From sequence record MN047793.1: a stretch of 24,000 nt of DNA, one strand, 5' to 3'. The first letter of the stretch is position 1, and every line of letters starts with the position of its first letter. This DNA comes from Xanthomonas phage Xoo-sp13. Below, one piece after another: positions 16,561 to 23,725 of this stretch. The notes under the pieces were generated by a model. It had not been told where the DNA came from. It did no database searches and was given only the letters and a program-made list of their open reading frames with translations. The translations under genes and the position numbers were made by a program.

Positions 16561-16916
16561 GTCCTATCTTCCATATCAATAGCAGCACGTGGACGATTAT
16601 ACAAAATATTACTGTAAATCTCTTCCACCATTTCCTTCGTCACATAATTACTTGTCCGCTTCCGGTTATAATTATACATGACTTCAGTAATATAATCATC
16701 ATTTAATTCACGAGGTACTACCCGATATTCCGATGGAACTTTAGGTGCACGAGATACCAAATTATTATCACTAACCGTCAAGGCCTCAGCCAAGGCCAAA
16801 CAATCATCGTCAGCCGCTTCCCATTGGTCAGGTGACCATGTAAATTTGTCCAGCGCTCCACGTAGCCAAAAGACAACATTGTCTATTAACTGACGTTCAT
16901 CATGGGTAATGTTCAT
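16557..16916 (-). CDS. Hypothetical protein
   Basis: 119 aa ORF with 4-nt ATGA overlaps at both ends. Confidence 0.75.
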   Translation of the reverse strand: MNITHDERQLIDNVVFWLRGALDKFTWSPDQWEAADDDCLALAEALTVSDNNLVSRAPKVPSEYRVVPRELNDDYITEVMYNYNRKRTSNYVTKEMVEEIYSNILYNRPRAAIDMEDRT

Positions 16917-17368
16917 GCAGTCGCCACCGAATCATCAAGACCATGCTTCAGTGCAATCTCACGAAGACCATCGGTCACCTTAGAACGCCATAACGCCACA
17001 TCCGTAATGTCAAAGATATTATTACCATCATGAACTTGCTGAAACTTCGTCAGAAATTTCAGTCGTGAGTTACACTCACCATTTTCAACCGGCTCACCAT
17101 CAAGATATAGGGCACTATACACCGTAAATATTCCTGCAATGTTCAAGATATAATTATTTTGAACACGACTACTAACCTTCTTAAGCTCATCTTCACTCAT
17201 AATCAAACCGACTGCACATCGCAAACCGTTATCTCCAGAGTAAGCACACGTGTCATAACCCGAATGCATACTAGAACAACCCTGCGCAAGCAATCGCACC
17301 GAAATGGTGTCAAAAATCTCCTGCTCAGTCATCGTCTCTACAGCAAGCTTCAGTGAGGTGTCCATCAA
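16913..17368 (-). CDS. Hypothetical protein
   Basis: 151 aa ORF; promoter at 17395-17423 upstream. Confidence 0.75.
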   Translation of the reverse strand: MMDTSLKLAVETMTEQEIFDTISVRLLAQGCSSMHSGYDTCAYSGDNGLRCAVGLIMSEDELKKVSSRVQNNYILNIAGIFTVYSALYLDGEPVENGECNSRLKFLTKFQQVHDGNNIFDITDVALWRSKVTDGLREIALKHGLDDSVATA

Positions 17369-17394
17369 ATTATATCCTATGTGTGTAGGCCTAA

Positions 17395-17423
17395 ATTATA
17401 AATGATCAGTCACAACCTGTCAA
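17395..17423 (-). promoter_or_regulatory. Sigma70-like promoter
   Basis: On the - strand: TTGACA (17423-17418) - 17 nt - TATAAT (17400-17395). Confidence 0.85.
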
Positions 17424-17426
17424 CTA

Positions 17427-17570
17427 CTAATTGCCTAACGACCATAGACAATACATCACACCATGACCAACACTACGACACTCATCCCACTGCCAGCGGA
17501 TACACCCACCAATCAATAACACAAAAACCAATACCCCAGCACCAATCCACAATCGCTCATACCACTTCAT
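17427..17570 (-). CDS. Putative single-TM microprotein (47 aa), not in the supplied ORF track
   Basis: MKWYERLWIGAGVLVFVLLIGGCIRWQWDECRSVGHGVMYCLWSLGN*; immediately downstream of a perfect promoter and upstream of the next. Confidence 0.6.
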   Translation of the reverse strand: MKWYERLWIGAGVLVFVLLIGGCIRWQWDECRSVGHGVMYCLWSLGN

Positions 17571-17595
17571 ACACGCCTCTCTTTAGTATTAGCAA

Positions 17596-17624
17596 ATTAT
17601 AACCAATCGTACCATAACTGTCAA
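17596..17624 (-). promoter_or_regulatory. Sigma70-like promoter, first promoter of the leftward block
   Basis: On the - strand: TTGACA (17624-17619) - 17 nt - TATAAT (17601-17596). Confidence 0.85.
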
Positions 17625-17691
17625 CTACCATCATTCCCACCCAATACCACAGACCCCCGGCCTACCTCCCATTTTACACTATAATTATTTT

Positions 17692-17709
17692 TTGTCAACC
17701 CCTTGACAA
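17692..17709. repeat. Inverted repeat carrying opposed TTGACA boxes
   Basis: TTGTCAA-CCCC-TTGACAA, 7-bp arms. Confidence 0.7.
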
Positions 17710-17731
17710 CACAACTCATTTGCGGTATGCT
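17703..17731 (+). promoter_or_regulatory. Candidate rightward sigma70-like promoter
   Basis: TTGACA (17703-17708) - 17 nt - TATGCT (17726-17731). Confidence 0.55.
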
Positions 17732-17765
17732 CTATCTGCCTAGAGCTATACCTGAACAACCAAAT

Positions 17766-17906
17766 GTTAAATTTCCGTTATTGTTAAAATAGCGTTAGGA
17801 AATTGTTAACAAATCGTTAAATGTTAAAATATCGTTAAGAAAAGGTTATGATTTCGTTAACTTAACACTTTCTTAACATCTCAGCCCATATGTTAAAATT
17901 TCGTTA
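17766..17906 (+). repeat. Iteron-like cluster: six 15-bp direct repeats, consensus GTTAaaATttCGTTA
   Basis: Copies at 17766-17780, 17783-17797, 17805-17819, 17823-17837, 17845-17859 and 17892-17906. Confidence 0.85.
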
Positions 17907-17944
17907 GAGGACCAGCCCACATGACTTAACATATCCATAAGAGG

Positions 17945-18088
17945 GTGTCAACAGATTCCCGACAAACGGTCAGTCGTAAGGTACTGATTCCTAAAGGGTT
18001 TGTTCCACTGGGAGAAATATATGCATTCGTTGGTGAGAACCTATACGAACTAAAATTACACATAAATTCTTTAAGCTTAAAGAAATAG
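17945..18088 (+). CDS. Possible GTG-initiated microprotein (47 aa)
   Basis: MSTDSRQTVSRKVLIPKGFVPLGEIYAFVGENLYELKLHINSLSLKK*; lies in the otherwise noncoding region; weak start context. Confidence 0.25.
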   Translation: MSTDSRQTVSRKVLIPKGFVPLGEIYAFVGENLYELKLHINSLSLKK

Positions 18089-18112
18089 AAATGATATAGT
18101 TCCTATATTGAT

Positions 18113-18133
18113 ATGATATCATAGTGATATCAC
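18113..18133. promoter_or_regulatory. Paired 10-bp palindromes, candidate operator
   Basis: ATGATATCAT (18113-18122) and GTGATATCAC (18124-18133), centres 11 bp apart. Confidence 0.55.
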
Positions 18134-18184
18134 AATGATCTTAAAATTATAGAAGTAGGTGTTGCAAGGTTTACGAAATATTTC

Positions 18185-18213
18185 TTGCATTTCCTGTACA
18201 AATATCTTATAAT
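18185..18213 (+). promoter_or_regulatory. Candidate promoter of the paralog array
   Basis: TTGCAT (18185-18190) - 17 nt - TATAAT (18208-18213), 75 nt upstream of the first array ATG. Confidence 0.72.
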
Positions 18214-18287
18214 TACTCTACTAATTTCCTGTTTCAATACCTTCTCATTCGAACTAATAAGTCCTAACGCAAGCGTTACCCTTTATT

Positions 18288-18653
18288 ATGATCACCTTAC
18301 CGTCTGGTTTTGCTACTACTATTAAGATACTTCCCAAAGAGGATGGCGATTTTTATCATGATTTGTATGTGTTGTGTAACAGTATGGATTACACCTATAG
18401 TTATCTTAAGTTTTGTTCCGTGAGTCGTATTCAGGAATGGCATTGGTGTGAGGGTGATGTGTCTATTAACATGGTTAATGGCAAGCGTGATGACGGAGTT
18501 AGCATTTACATCAATGAGCGATTGGTTGGTATATTTGCTACTGATAGCAGGATGTATCCGAGGCTGTATCCTATTCATAACCGTCGTGTAGAGGGTGGTG
18601 ATGTTTATACAGCTATGTTGGCATTCATTAAGAAGTGGGAGATTGGGGTATGA
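18288..18653 (+). CDS. Tandem paralog family member 1
   Basis: LYVLCNSMDYTYSY...QEWHWCEGDVSINMVN...VSIYINERLVGIF...AMLAFIKKWEIGV. Confidence 0.85.
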   Translation: MITLPSGFATTIKILPKEDGDFYHDLYVLCNSMDYTYSYLKFCSVSRIQEWHWCEGDVSINMVNGKRDDGVSIYINERLVGIFATDSRMYPRLYPIHNRRVEGGDVYTAMLAFIKKWEIGV

Positions 18654-18970
18654 CGCTACCGTCCCCTGTTAATGGCGAAATACAATTCTATGTTGGGTTG
18701 TTCTTTCATGAGTTGTATCGGTTGTTGAACTCCATGGAGCACACCTATCATTATCAGTCTAAGGAATGGATGTGGTGTGAAGGTGATAACTGTATTAACG
18801 TAGTGAGCGATAATGGTGAAATTATCATTCACATCAATGAGAGAATAGTTGGCAGATATATGATGGGTAGTGGTACTCCTAAGTTATGGTCTCATGATTT
18901 GGTTATAGATGATGGAGATGTTCATACAGCTATGTTGGCATTCATTGATAAGTGGGGAATTGGTGTATGA
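18650..18970 (+). CDS. Tandem paralog family member 2
   Basis: ATGA overlap start at 18650; SMEHTYHYQSKEWMWCEGDNCINVV...HINERIVGRY...AMLAFIDKWGIGV. Confidence 0.85.
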   Translation: MTLPSPVNGEIQFYVGLFFHELYRLLNSMEHTYHYQSKEWMWCEGDNCINVVSDNGEIIIHINERIVGRYMMGSGTPKLWSHDLVIDDGDVHTAMLAFIDKWGIGV

Positions 18971-19341
18971 ATCTGGCTTCGTCTATTAATGGTGACATCA
19001 ACCATGATGGAGACATCTATCGTGAGTTAGTAAGATTGTTCAACTCCATGGAGCATAGATATACTCATCAATACATGTTTCAGGAATGGCATTGGAGTGC
19101 GGGTGATAACTACATTAACATAGTGAACGATTTTGGTAAAATTATTATTCACATCAATGAGAGAATAGCTGGTCGATTTACGATTGATACTGTCCGGATT
19201 CCTCATGGCATAATTGTAGAGGATGGAGACGTTCATATAGTTGGTAGATTTACGATTGATAGTGCTGGTACTCCTAAGTGTAGTCATGACGTTCATATTG
19301 CTGTGCTGGAATTTATTGACAAGTGGGAGATTGGTGTATGA
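18967..19341 (+). CDS. Tandem paralog family member 3, with in-frame internal duplication
   Basis: ATGA overlap; SMEHRYTHQYMFQEWHWSAGDNYINIVN...IIIHINERIAGRFTID...VGRFTID...VLEFIDKWEIGV. Confidence 0.85.
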   Translation: MNLASSINGDINHDGDIYRELVRLFNSMEHRYTHQYMFQEWHWSAGDNYINIVNDFGKIIIHINERIAGRFTIDTVRIPHGIIVEDGDVHIVGRFTIDSAGTPKCSHDVHIAVLEFIDKWEIGV

Positions 19342-19673
19342 CGACGCTACCTTCGCCTTTTACGGGTGAGATACAATTCTATCTTGAGTTCTATCGAGTG
19401 TTGAACTCCATGGAGTACACCTATCATTATCCTGCTCAGGAGTGGCAATGGGGTGAGGATGATGTGTCTATTAATGTGGTTAACAATCCAATTAACAATG
19501 CCATTGATAATGGGATTAGCATTTATATCAATGAAAGGCTAGTTAGTAAATTTATAATGGATAGGCACTGGAGTCCTAAGTCTTTATGGGAAAAAGAACT
19601 TCGTGTCGTAGAGGGTGTAAGTGTTCATACTGTGTTGTTGGAATTCATTGATAAGTGGGGAATTGGTGTATGA
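19338..19673 (+). CDS. Tandem paralog family member 4
   Basis: ATGA overlap; NSMEYTYHYPAQEWQWGEDDVSINVVN...ISIYINERLVSKF...LLEFIDKWGIGV. Confidence 0.85.
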   Translation: MTTLPSPFTGEIQFYLEFYRVLNSMEYTYHYPAQEWQWGEDDVSINVVNNPINNAIDNGISIYINERLVSKFIMDRHWSPKSLWEKELRVVEGVSVHTVLLEFIDKWGIGV

Positions 19674-20020
19674 ACGTGGTAAGTCTTTCTTTTTATATTG
19701 ATGATTTCATACTTGATGAATGGTTCAAGATTCTCGCCAATTCTGAATTCACTTATATTTGGCATGGTGAAACAATCTGTTGTACTCAGGAATGGCTACG
19801 TTGTGAGGGTGATAGCTCTATTAATATTGTTAACACCCGTACGGTTACAACGAGTTTTGTTAAAATTTATGTTGATGAAGAATTGGTTGCGGAGTTTGAT
19901 CATGATGCGGATCATTTCTTCGTATTAACTACTGATGGTATCTCAAAGACTCCAGTTGCGTTAGATGAGGTTCGTTCTAATGTGTTGTCATTTATTGAGA
20001 AGTATGGTGTTGGTGTATGA
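19670..20020 (+). CDS. Tandem paralog family member 5
   Basis: ATGA overlap; TQEWLRCEGDSSINIVN...VKIYVDEELVAEFDH...VLSFIEKYGVGV. Confidence 0.85.
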   Translation: MNVVSLSFYIDDFILDEWFKILANSEFTYIWHGETICCTQEWLRCEGDSSINIVNTRTVTTSFVKIYVDEELVAEFDHDADHFFVLTTDGISKTPVALDEVRSNVLSFIEKYGVGV

Positions 20021-20379
20021 ACGTTGTACATCTTATTTTTTATAATAACGATATGTTACGTAATGAGTGGTTAGGATTGCTTGGTAATTCTGAATTCATC
20101 TATGAGTGTTGTGAAGATGTATTGAGTTATACTAGTACTCAGGAATGGCTACGTTGTGAGGGTGATAGCTCTGTTAATATTGTTAACGTTGTTAACCATC
20201 GTATTGTTCTTGGGAATACTGTGAACATTTATATTGATGAAACATTGGTGTGTCAGTTTCATCATTATGCGGGTCGTTTCGAGCTAACTGATGGTACGTC
20301 TAATAGGCAAATTGCATCAGAGGTTGTTCGTTCTAATGTGTTGGAGTTCATTAATAAGTGGAATATTGGTGTATGCTAA
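20017..20379 (+). CDS. Tandem paralog family member 6
   Basis: ATGA overlap; TQEWLRCEGDSSVNIVN...VNIYIDETLVCQFHH...VLEFINKWNIGVC. Confidence 0.85.
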   Translation: MNVVHLIFYNNDMLRNEWLGLLGNSEFIYECCEDVLSYTSTQEWLRCEGDSSVNIVNVVNHRIVLGNTVNIYIDETLVCQFHHYAGRFELTDGTSNRQIASEVVRSNVLEFINKWNIGVC

Positions 20380-20744
20380 CTGTTCCTGTGTATAGTCCTT
20401 TGGTTATGGGACGTATCATCTATGATGTACCGTTCTATCGTGAGTTGAATCAGTTGCTCAACAGCATGGAGCCATATTATAATTATCATGTATATACGGA
20501 TATTCACTGTTATGAGTGGTATTGGAGTGAAGGTGATATGTCTGTTAACTTGGTTAACCTAGGTAGTGTAGTAAGCGTTTACATCAATGAGAGGCTAGTT
20601 AGTCAATTTACTATGGCTGATACTTCCAAGAGTAATGGTACAACCAATTCTATGGCGATTTATTGTAATAATGTGTATAAAACAGTTGAACACGTTCATA
20701 CTGCTGTGCTGGCATTTATTGACAAGTGGAATATTGGTGTATGA
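20373..20744 (+). CDS. Tandem paralog family member 7
   Basis: 7-nt overlap (ATGCTAA); SMEPYYNYH...CYEWYWSEGDMSVNLVN...VSVYINERLVSQF...VLAFIDKWNIGV. Confidence 0.85.
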   Translation: MLTVPVYSPLVMGRIIYDVPFYRELNQLLNSMEPYYNYHVYTDIHCYEWYWSEGDMSVNLVNLGSVVSVYINERLVSQFTMADTSKSNGTTNSMAIYCNNVYKTVEHVHTAVLAFIDKWNIGV

Positions 20745-21133
20745 GTACTGACGTGTTTGGATATCCTTGCGTGTCTCACTATTATGATAGTGGTAATGTA
20801 TTATGTGTTGAATGGTTAACGATGCTCCCTGATGAGGAATTTGATTACATTATCACTAGACAAGCTGGTGATAATTATAGTGACACTCATACTCAAGAAT
20901 GGGTTCGATGCGAAGGCGATAGCTCTATTAATATTGTTAATATCATTACTATAAATGTTGATGGTAGATTTAGTCAGGTGAAAATTTATATTGATGAAAC
21001 ATTGGTTGCTCAGTTTGATCATAATGCCGGCTATTTCGGTTATGATGGTACAGGGTTAAATAAAGGTTTGTCGTTAGATGAGGTTCGATCTGAAATTCTG
21101 TCATTCATTGAGAGATGGAATATTGGTGTATGA
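20741..21133 (+). CDS. Tandem paralog family member 8
   Basis: ATGA overlap; TQEWVRCEGDSSINIVN...VKIYIDETLVAQFDH...ILSFIERWNIGV. Confidence 0.85.
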   Translation: MSTDVFGYPCVSHYYDSGNVLCVEWLTMLPDEEFDYIITRQAGDNYSDTHTQEWVRCEGDSSINIVNIITINVDGRFSQVKIYIDETLVAQFDHNAGYFGYDGTGLNKGLSLDEVRSEILSFIERWNIGV

Positions 21134-21486
21134 ACGCTGAAGAGTCGGTTTTATATGGTACTCGGTTCTATCGCGAACTATATGCAATACTTAACAGTAT
21201 GGACTATAAGTCGGTATATATTTCTGTCGATGACGCTGTATGCCAAGAATGGCTTTGGAATGATGATAACAATACAATTAATGTGGTTAATTTTAACCAA
21301 GATACTGAACTTCTCTTTTACATCAATGAGAGGCTATTTGGTAGCTTTAATGACCCTTCCTATTATGACAGTAACGGTAGTAGGGCGAGAATACATCCTT
21401 GGGTTATCAAAGGTCTTTATTCAGTTAATGGGAAACTACCCGTTGCCATGATGGAATTTATTGATAAATGGGGTATTGGGGTATGA
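21130..21486 (+). CDS. Tandem paralog family member 9
   Basis: ATGA overlap; NSMDYKSVY...CQEWLWNDDNNTINVVN...LLFYINERLFGSF...MMEFIDKWGIGV. Confidence 0.85.
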   Translation: MNAEESVLYGTRFYRELYAILNSMDYKSVYISVDDAVCQEWLWNDDNNTINVVNFNQDTELLFYINERLFGSFNDPSYYDSNGSRARIHPWVIKGLYSVNGKLPVAMMEFIDKWGIGV

Positions 21487-21836
21487 GTAGTGCTGTTCCA
21501 CACTTTAGTGTTAACAGTCCATTTACTTCTCGGTTCTTTTATGAACTGTCTAGGTTTTTTAACAGCATGGAGATGGCTTACCGAATTACCTACTATGACG
21601 GTACTTTAAACGACCCCTTCGTTACAGAATGGATATGGTGTCATGGTGATAACTCTATTAATATCGTTCATCCTAACCATGGTACTCATGTTAGCATTTA
21701 CGTAAATGAAAAACTTGTTGGTAAATTTAGTCACAATGCTTTATTGTTAAAAGCTACTCATTCTGAAGGCATTCCTGTAGAAGAAGTGCATTCAGAGATG
21801 GTAGACTTCATTAAACGCTGGTGTATTTGGATATGA
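21483..21836 (+). CDS. Tandem paralog family member 10
   Basis: ATGA overlap; FYELSRFFNSMEMAYRITYY...VTEWIWCHGDNSINIVH...VSIYVNEKLVGKF...EVHSEMVDFIKRWCIWI. Confidence 0.85.
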   Translation: MSSAVPHFSVNSPFTSRFFYELSRFFNSMEMAYRITYYDGTLNDPFVTEWIWCHGDNSINIVHPNHGTHVSIYVNEKLVGKFSHNALLLKATHSEGIPVEEVHSEMVDFIKRWCIWI

Positions 21837-22177
21837 ATGATATAAAATTTCGGTTTATTACCAATAGTGAAATGCCGTTCTTTGTACGTCAGCTTAGTAA
21901 GCTTTCTTCTGATGTTATATGGTTGATGAATTCTTCAGTCAGATGGAATGGTGACGATATTTCTGTGTCTATTGAAAAGAGCCGTGACGGTAAGCTTATG
22001 ATTTATATTAATGAACAGATGGTGGCTTGTTATATTATCGGTAATTTAGTAGTCCCATCATCCTCTGATCTTTTCTATTATGAATCATTTTTTCAAATGA
22101 ATGGTACACTTCAGGTACCAGCAGATAAAATGCTCAGATATTTGAATGAGTTTATGGATAATTGGGGTAGACTTTGA
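21833..22177 (+). CDS. Tandem paralog family member 11 (more divergent)
   Basis: ATGA overlap; SSVRWNGDDISVSIEK...LMIYINEQMVACY...MLRYLNEFMDNWGRL. Confidence 0.8.
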   Translation: MNDIKFRFITNSEMPFFVRQLSKLSSDVIWLMNSSVRWNGDDISVSIEKSRDGKLMIYINEQMVACYIIGNLVVPSSSDLFYYESFFQMNGTLQVPADKMLRYLNEFMDNWGRL

Positions 22178-22253
22178 ATATCGAAGTCAGGGGCTAGTAA
22201 ACGGTCTATAATTGTGTTATGCTACTATCCTAATAGGACATTGGGTGACCATA

Positions 22254-22622
22254 ATGATTGACATCAAAATTGAATTTAAAAATCCTTATTTTATTGCAGA
22301 TTTGGCTAGATTTAACGTAGAGCTGACCACGATGCGTGAGGGTAAACCTAACACGTTGCCAGGATTTTGGTCTGTTGGGGACGATTCTGTTGAAATAATT
22401 GTGCTCGATGCCAATACTGTATGCTTCATGATTAATGAAGAAGTTAAAGCTGTGTACTATATGGAGCCACGCGATATAGATTTACAAACACGACAGCCTA
22501 TTGGAATGTTAATATCTCGTCACCGGTTTATTGAACGCCAAGGCAATGTGTACAAACGTCATCCAGATGACCAGTACATGAATAAAGTACTGGAATTTTT
22601 GAACACGTGGAGTCGTGAATGA
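22254..22622 (+). CDS. Tandem paralog family member 12 (divergent, uncoupled)
   Basis: PGFWSVGDDSVEIIVLDANTVCFMINEEVKAVYY...KVLEFLNTWSRE; start at MIDIKIEF 22254 preferred over 22212. Confidence 0.75.
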   Translation: MIDIKIEFKNPYFIADLARFNVELTTMREGKPNTLPGFWSVGDDSVEIIVLDANTVCFMINEEVKAVYYMEPRDIDLQTRQPIGMLISRHRFIERQGNVYKRHPDDQYMNKVLEFLNTWSRE

Positions 22623-22990
22623 CATCTGGTCCAACGGTAAAAATATCGGATGATGATTCAAAACGGTTCATGGAAGAACTATTCATGTTTCATTCTAGTG
22701 GGCAATTGTATAATTATTGGTCACTCGATAATGATTCAGTTCTTATCTGTATTCCGAATAACGTAGATGTTGTGCGGGCCAAAAATGCTGAAATTGAAAT
22801 ACTGGTCAATGAAACATCGATTGTGAGATTTATAGGAAGTGTGGCGTTTATCCGTGAGTTATTCCGCAATCTTAATTGTAGAATTTATGATAATGTAACA
22901 TATAAAAGTAATCCAAGTAACATGATGATTCACTCGAATGACAATTATATGAAAAAATTATCAGAATTCTTAAAACGTTGGACTCCCTAA
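22619..22990 (+). CDS. Tandem paralog family member 13 (divergent)
   Basis: ATGA overlap; YNYWSLDNDSVLICI...IEILVNETSIVRF...KKLSEFLKRWTP. Confidence 0.78.
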   Translation: MTSGPTVKISDDDSKRFMEELFMFHSSGQLYNYWSLDNDSVLICIPNNVDVVRAKNAEIEILVNETSIVRFIGSVAFIRELFRNLNCRIYDNVTYKSNPSNMMIHSNDNYMKKLSEFLKRWTP

Positions 22991-22991
22991 G

Positions 22992-23333
22992 ATGTATCCC
23001 GATTGTATTCCGATAGAAATCCAGTTTAAAAATAACGAATTTTTTGATGACCTGTCCTATTTTTTGATGGGCTTCTGGAGTCATGAAAATAATAGTGTAA
23101 ATATCGAACTTATAGATGATTCCGTTTACACAGATACCATAATCATCTACATAAATGAAGTAAAGGTATCTACCTATTATGTATATGGTAGAAAACATCC
23201 CGGTGAGTTATTTCACCTACCAATGACTTTAAGGGTTTATAATGGATTTGCACGACCTAACATAATTCGTGATCCTCACGTTTATTTTCAAAAGATTATT
23301 GAGTTTGTAGATAAATGGGGTGGGGCTATCTAA
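22992..23333 (+). CDS. Tandem paralog family member 14 (divergent)
   Basis: GFWSHENNSVNIELIDD...IIIYINEVKVSTYY...KIIEFVDKWGGAI. Confidence 0.8.
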   Translation: MYPDCIPIEIQFKNNEFFDDLSYFLMGFWSHENNSVNIELIDDSVYTDTIIIYINEVKVSTYYVYGRKHPGELFHLPMTLRVYNGFARPNIIRDPHVYFQKIIEFVDKWGGAI

Positions 23334-23725
23334 TGAAGACATTTAGTATGAATGATATAAATGATATGCTATTTTTTAATGATTTATATTCATTTACAAA
23401 AAAGTGCTATGACAGAAACTCTCCTCGTTCTCCAGTACTTTATAATTATACGAATGGTATACAGGAATGGTCGTGGTGCAATAATTTGCACGCAGTACTC
23501 ATCAGTGATGATACTACTAAACATCAGGCTAGTATTTATGTTGATGAATTACTTATGGGCGAGTTACAATATACAATTTCTGATAGACGCAACATAGTCG
23601 TTGACAACATTCCCCTGATTAATACTGACGACTTTTACGATGAAATTTTGAAATTCATTAATAAATGGGATATCATACCACAATCATCTATGGATTTAGA
23701 AAATGAATTCCCCCATAAAAATTAA
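23333..23725 (+). CDS. Tandem paralog family member 15
   Basis: TAATG coupling, ATG at 23333; GIQEWSWCNNLHAVLI...ASIYVDELLMGEL...ILKFINKWDI. Confidence 0.8.
   Translation: MKTFSMNDINDMLFFNDLYSFTKKCYDRNSPRSPVLYNYTNGIQEWSWCNNLHAVLISDDTTKHQASIYVDELLMGELQYTISDRRNIVVDNIPLINTDDFYDEILKFINKWDIIPQSSMDLENEFPHKN

Noticed and set aside
17402-17602. + strand 66 aa ORF
   Set aside because: Low-complexity Thr/His/Pro composition; it opposes the microprotein and sits between two leftward promoters.
17766-17906. CRISPR-like array
   Set aside because: Repeats are only about 15 bp, gaps are too short and irregular for spacers, and no cas genes are present; better described as iterons or operators.
18297-21022. 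Antisense ORFs (-) 18297-18578, 19027-19296 and 20816-21022
   Set aside because: Their similarity (e.g. 'IDVNxN') merely mirrors the conserved YINE codons of the sense paralogs; not evidence of coding.
22872-23198. Antisense 108 aa ORF (-) within the paralog array
   Set aside because: Overlaps two well-supported + strand family members and has no recognisable features; probably fortuitous.
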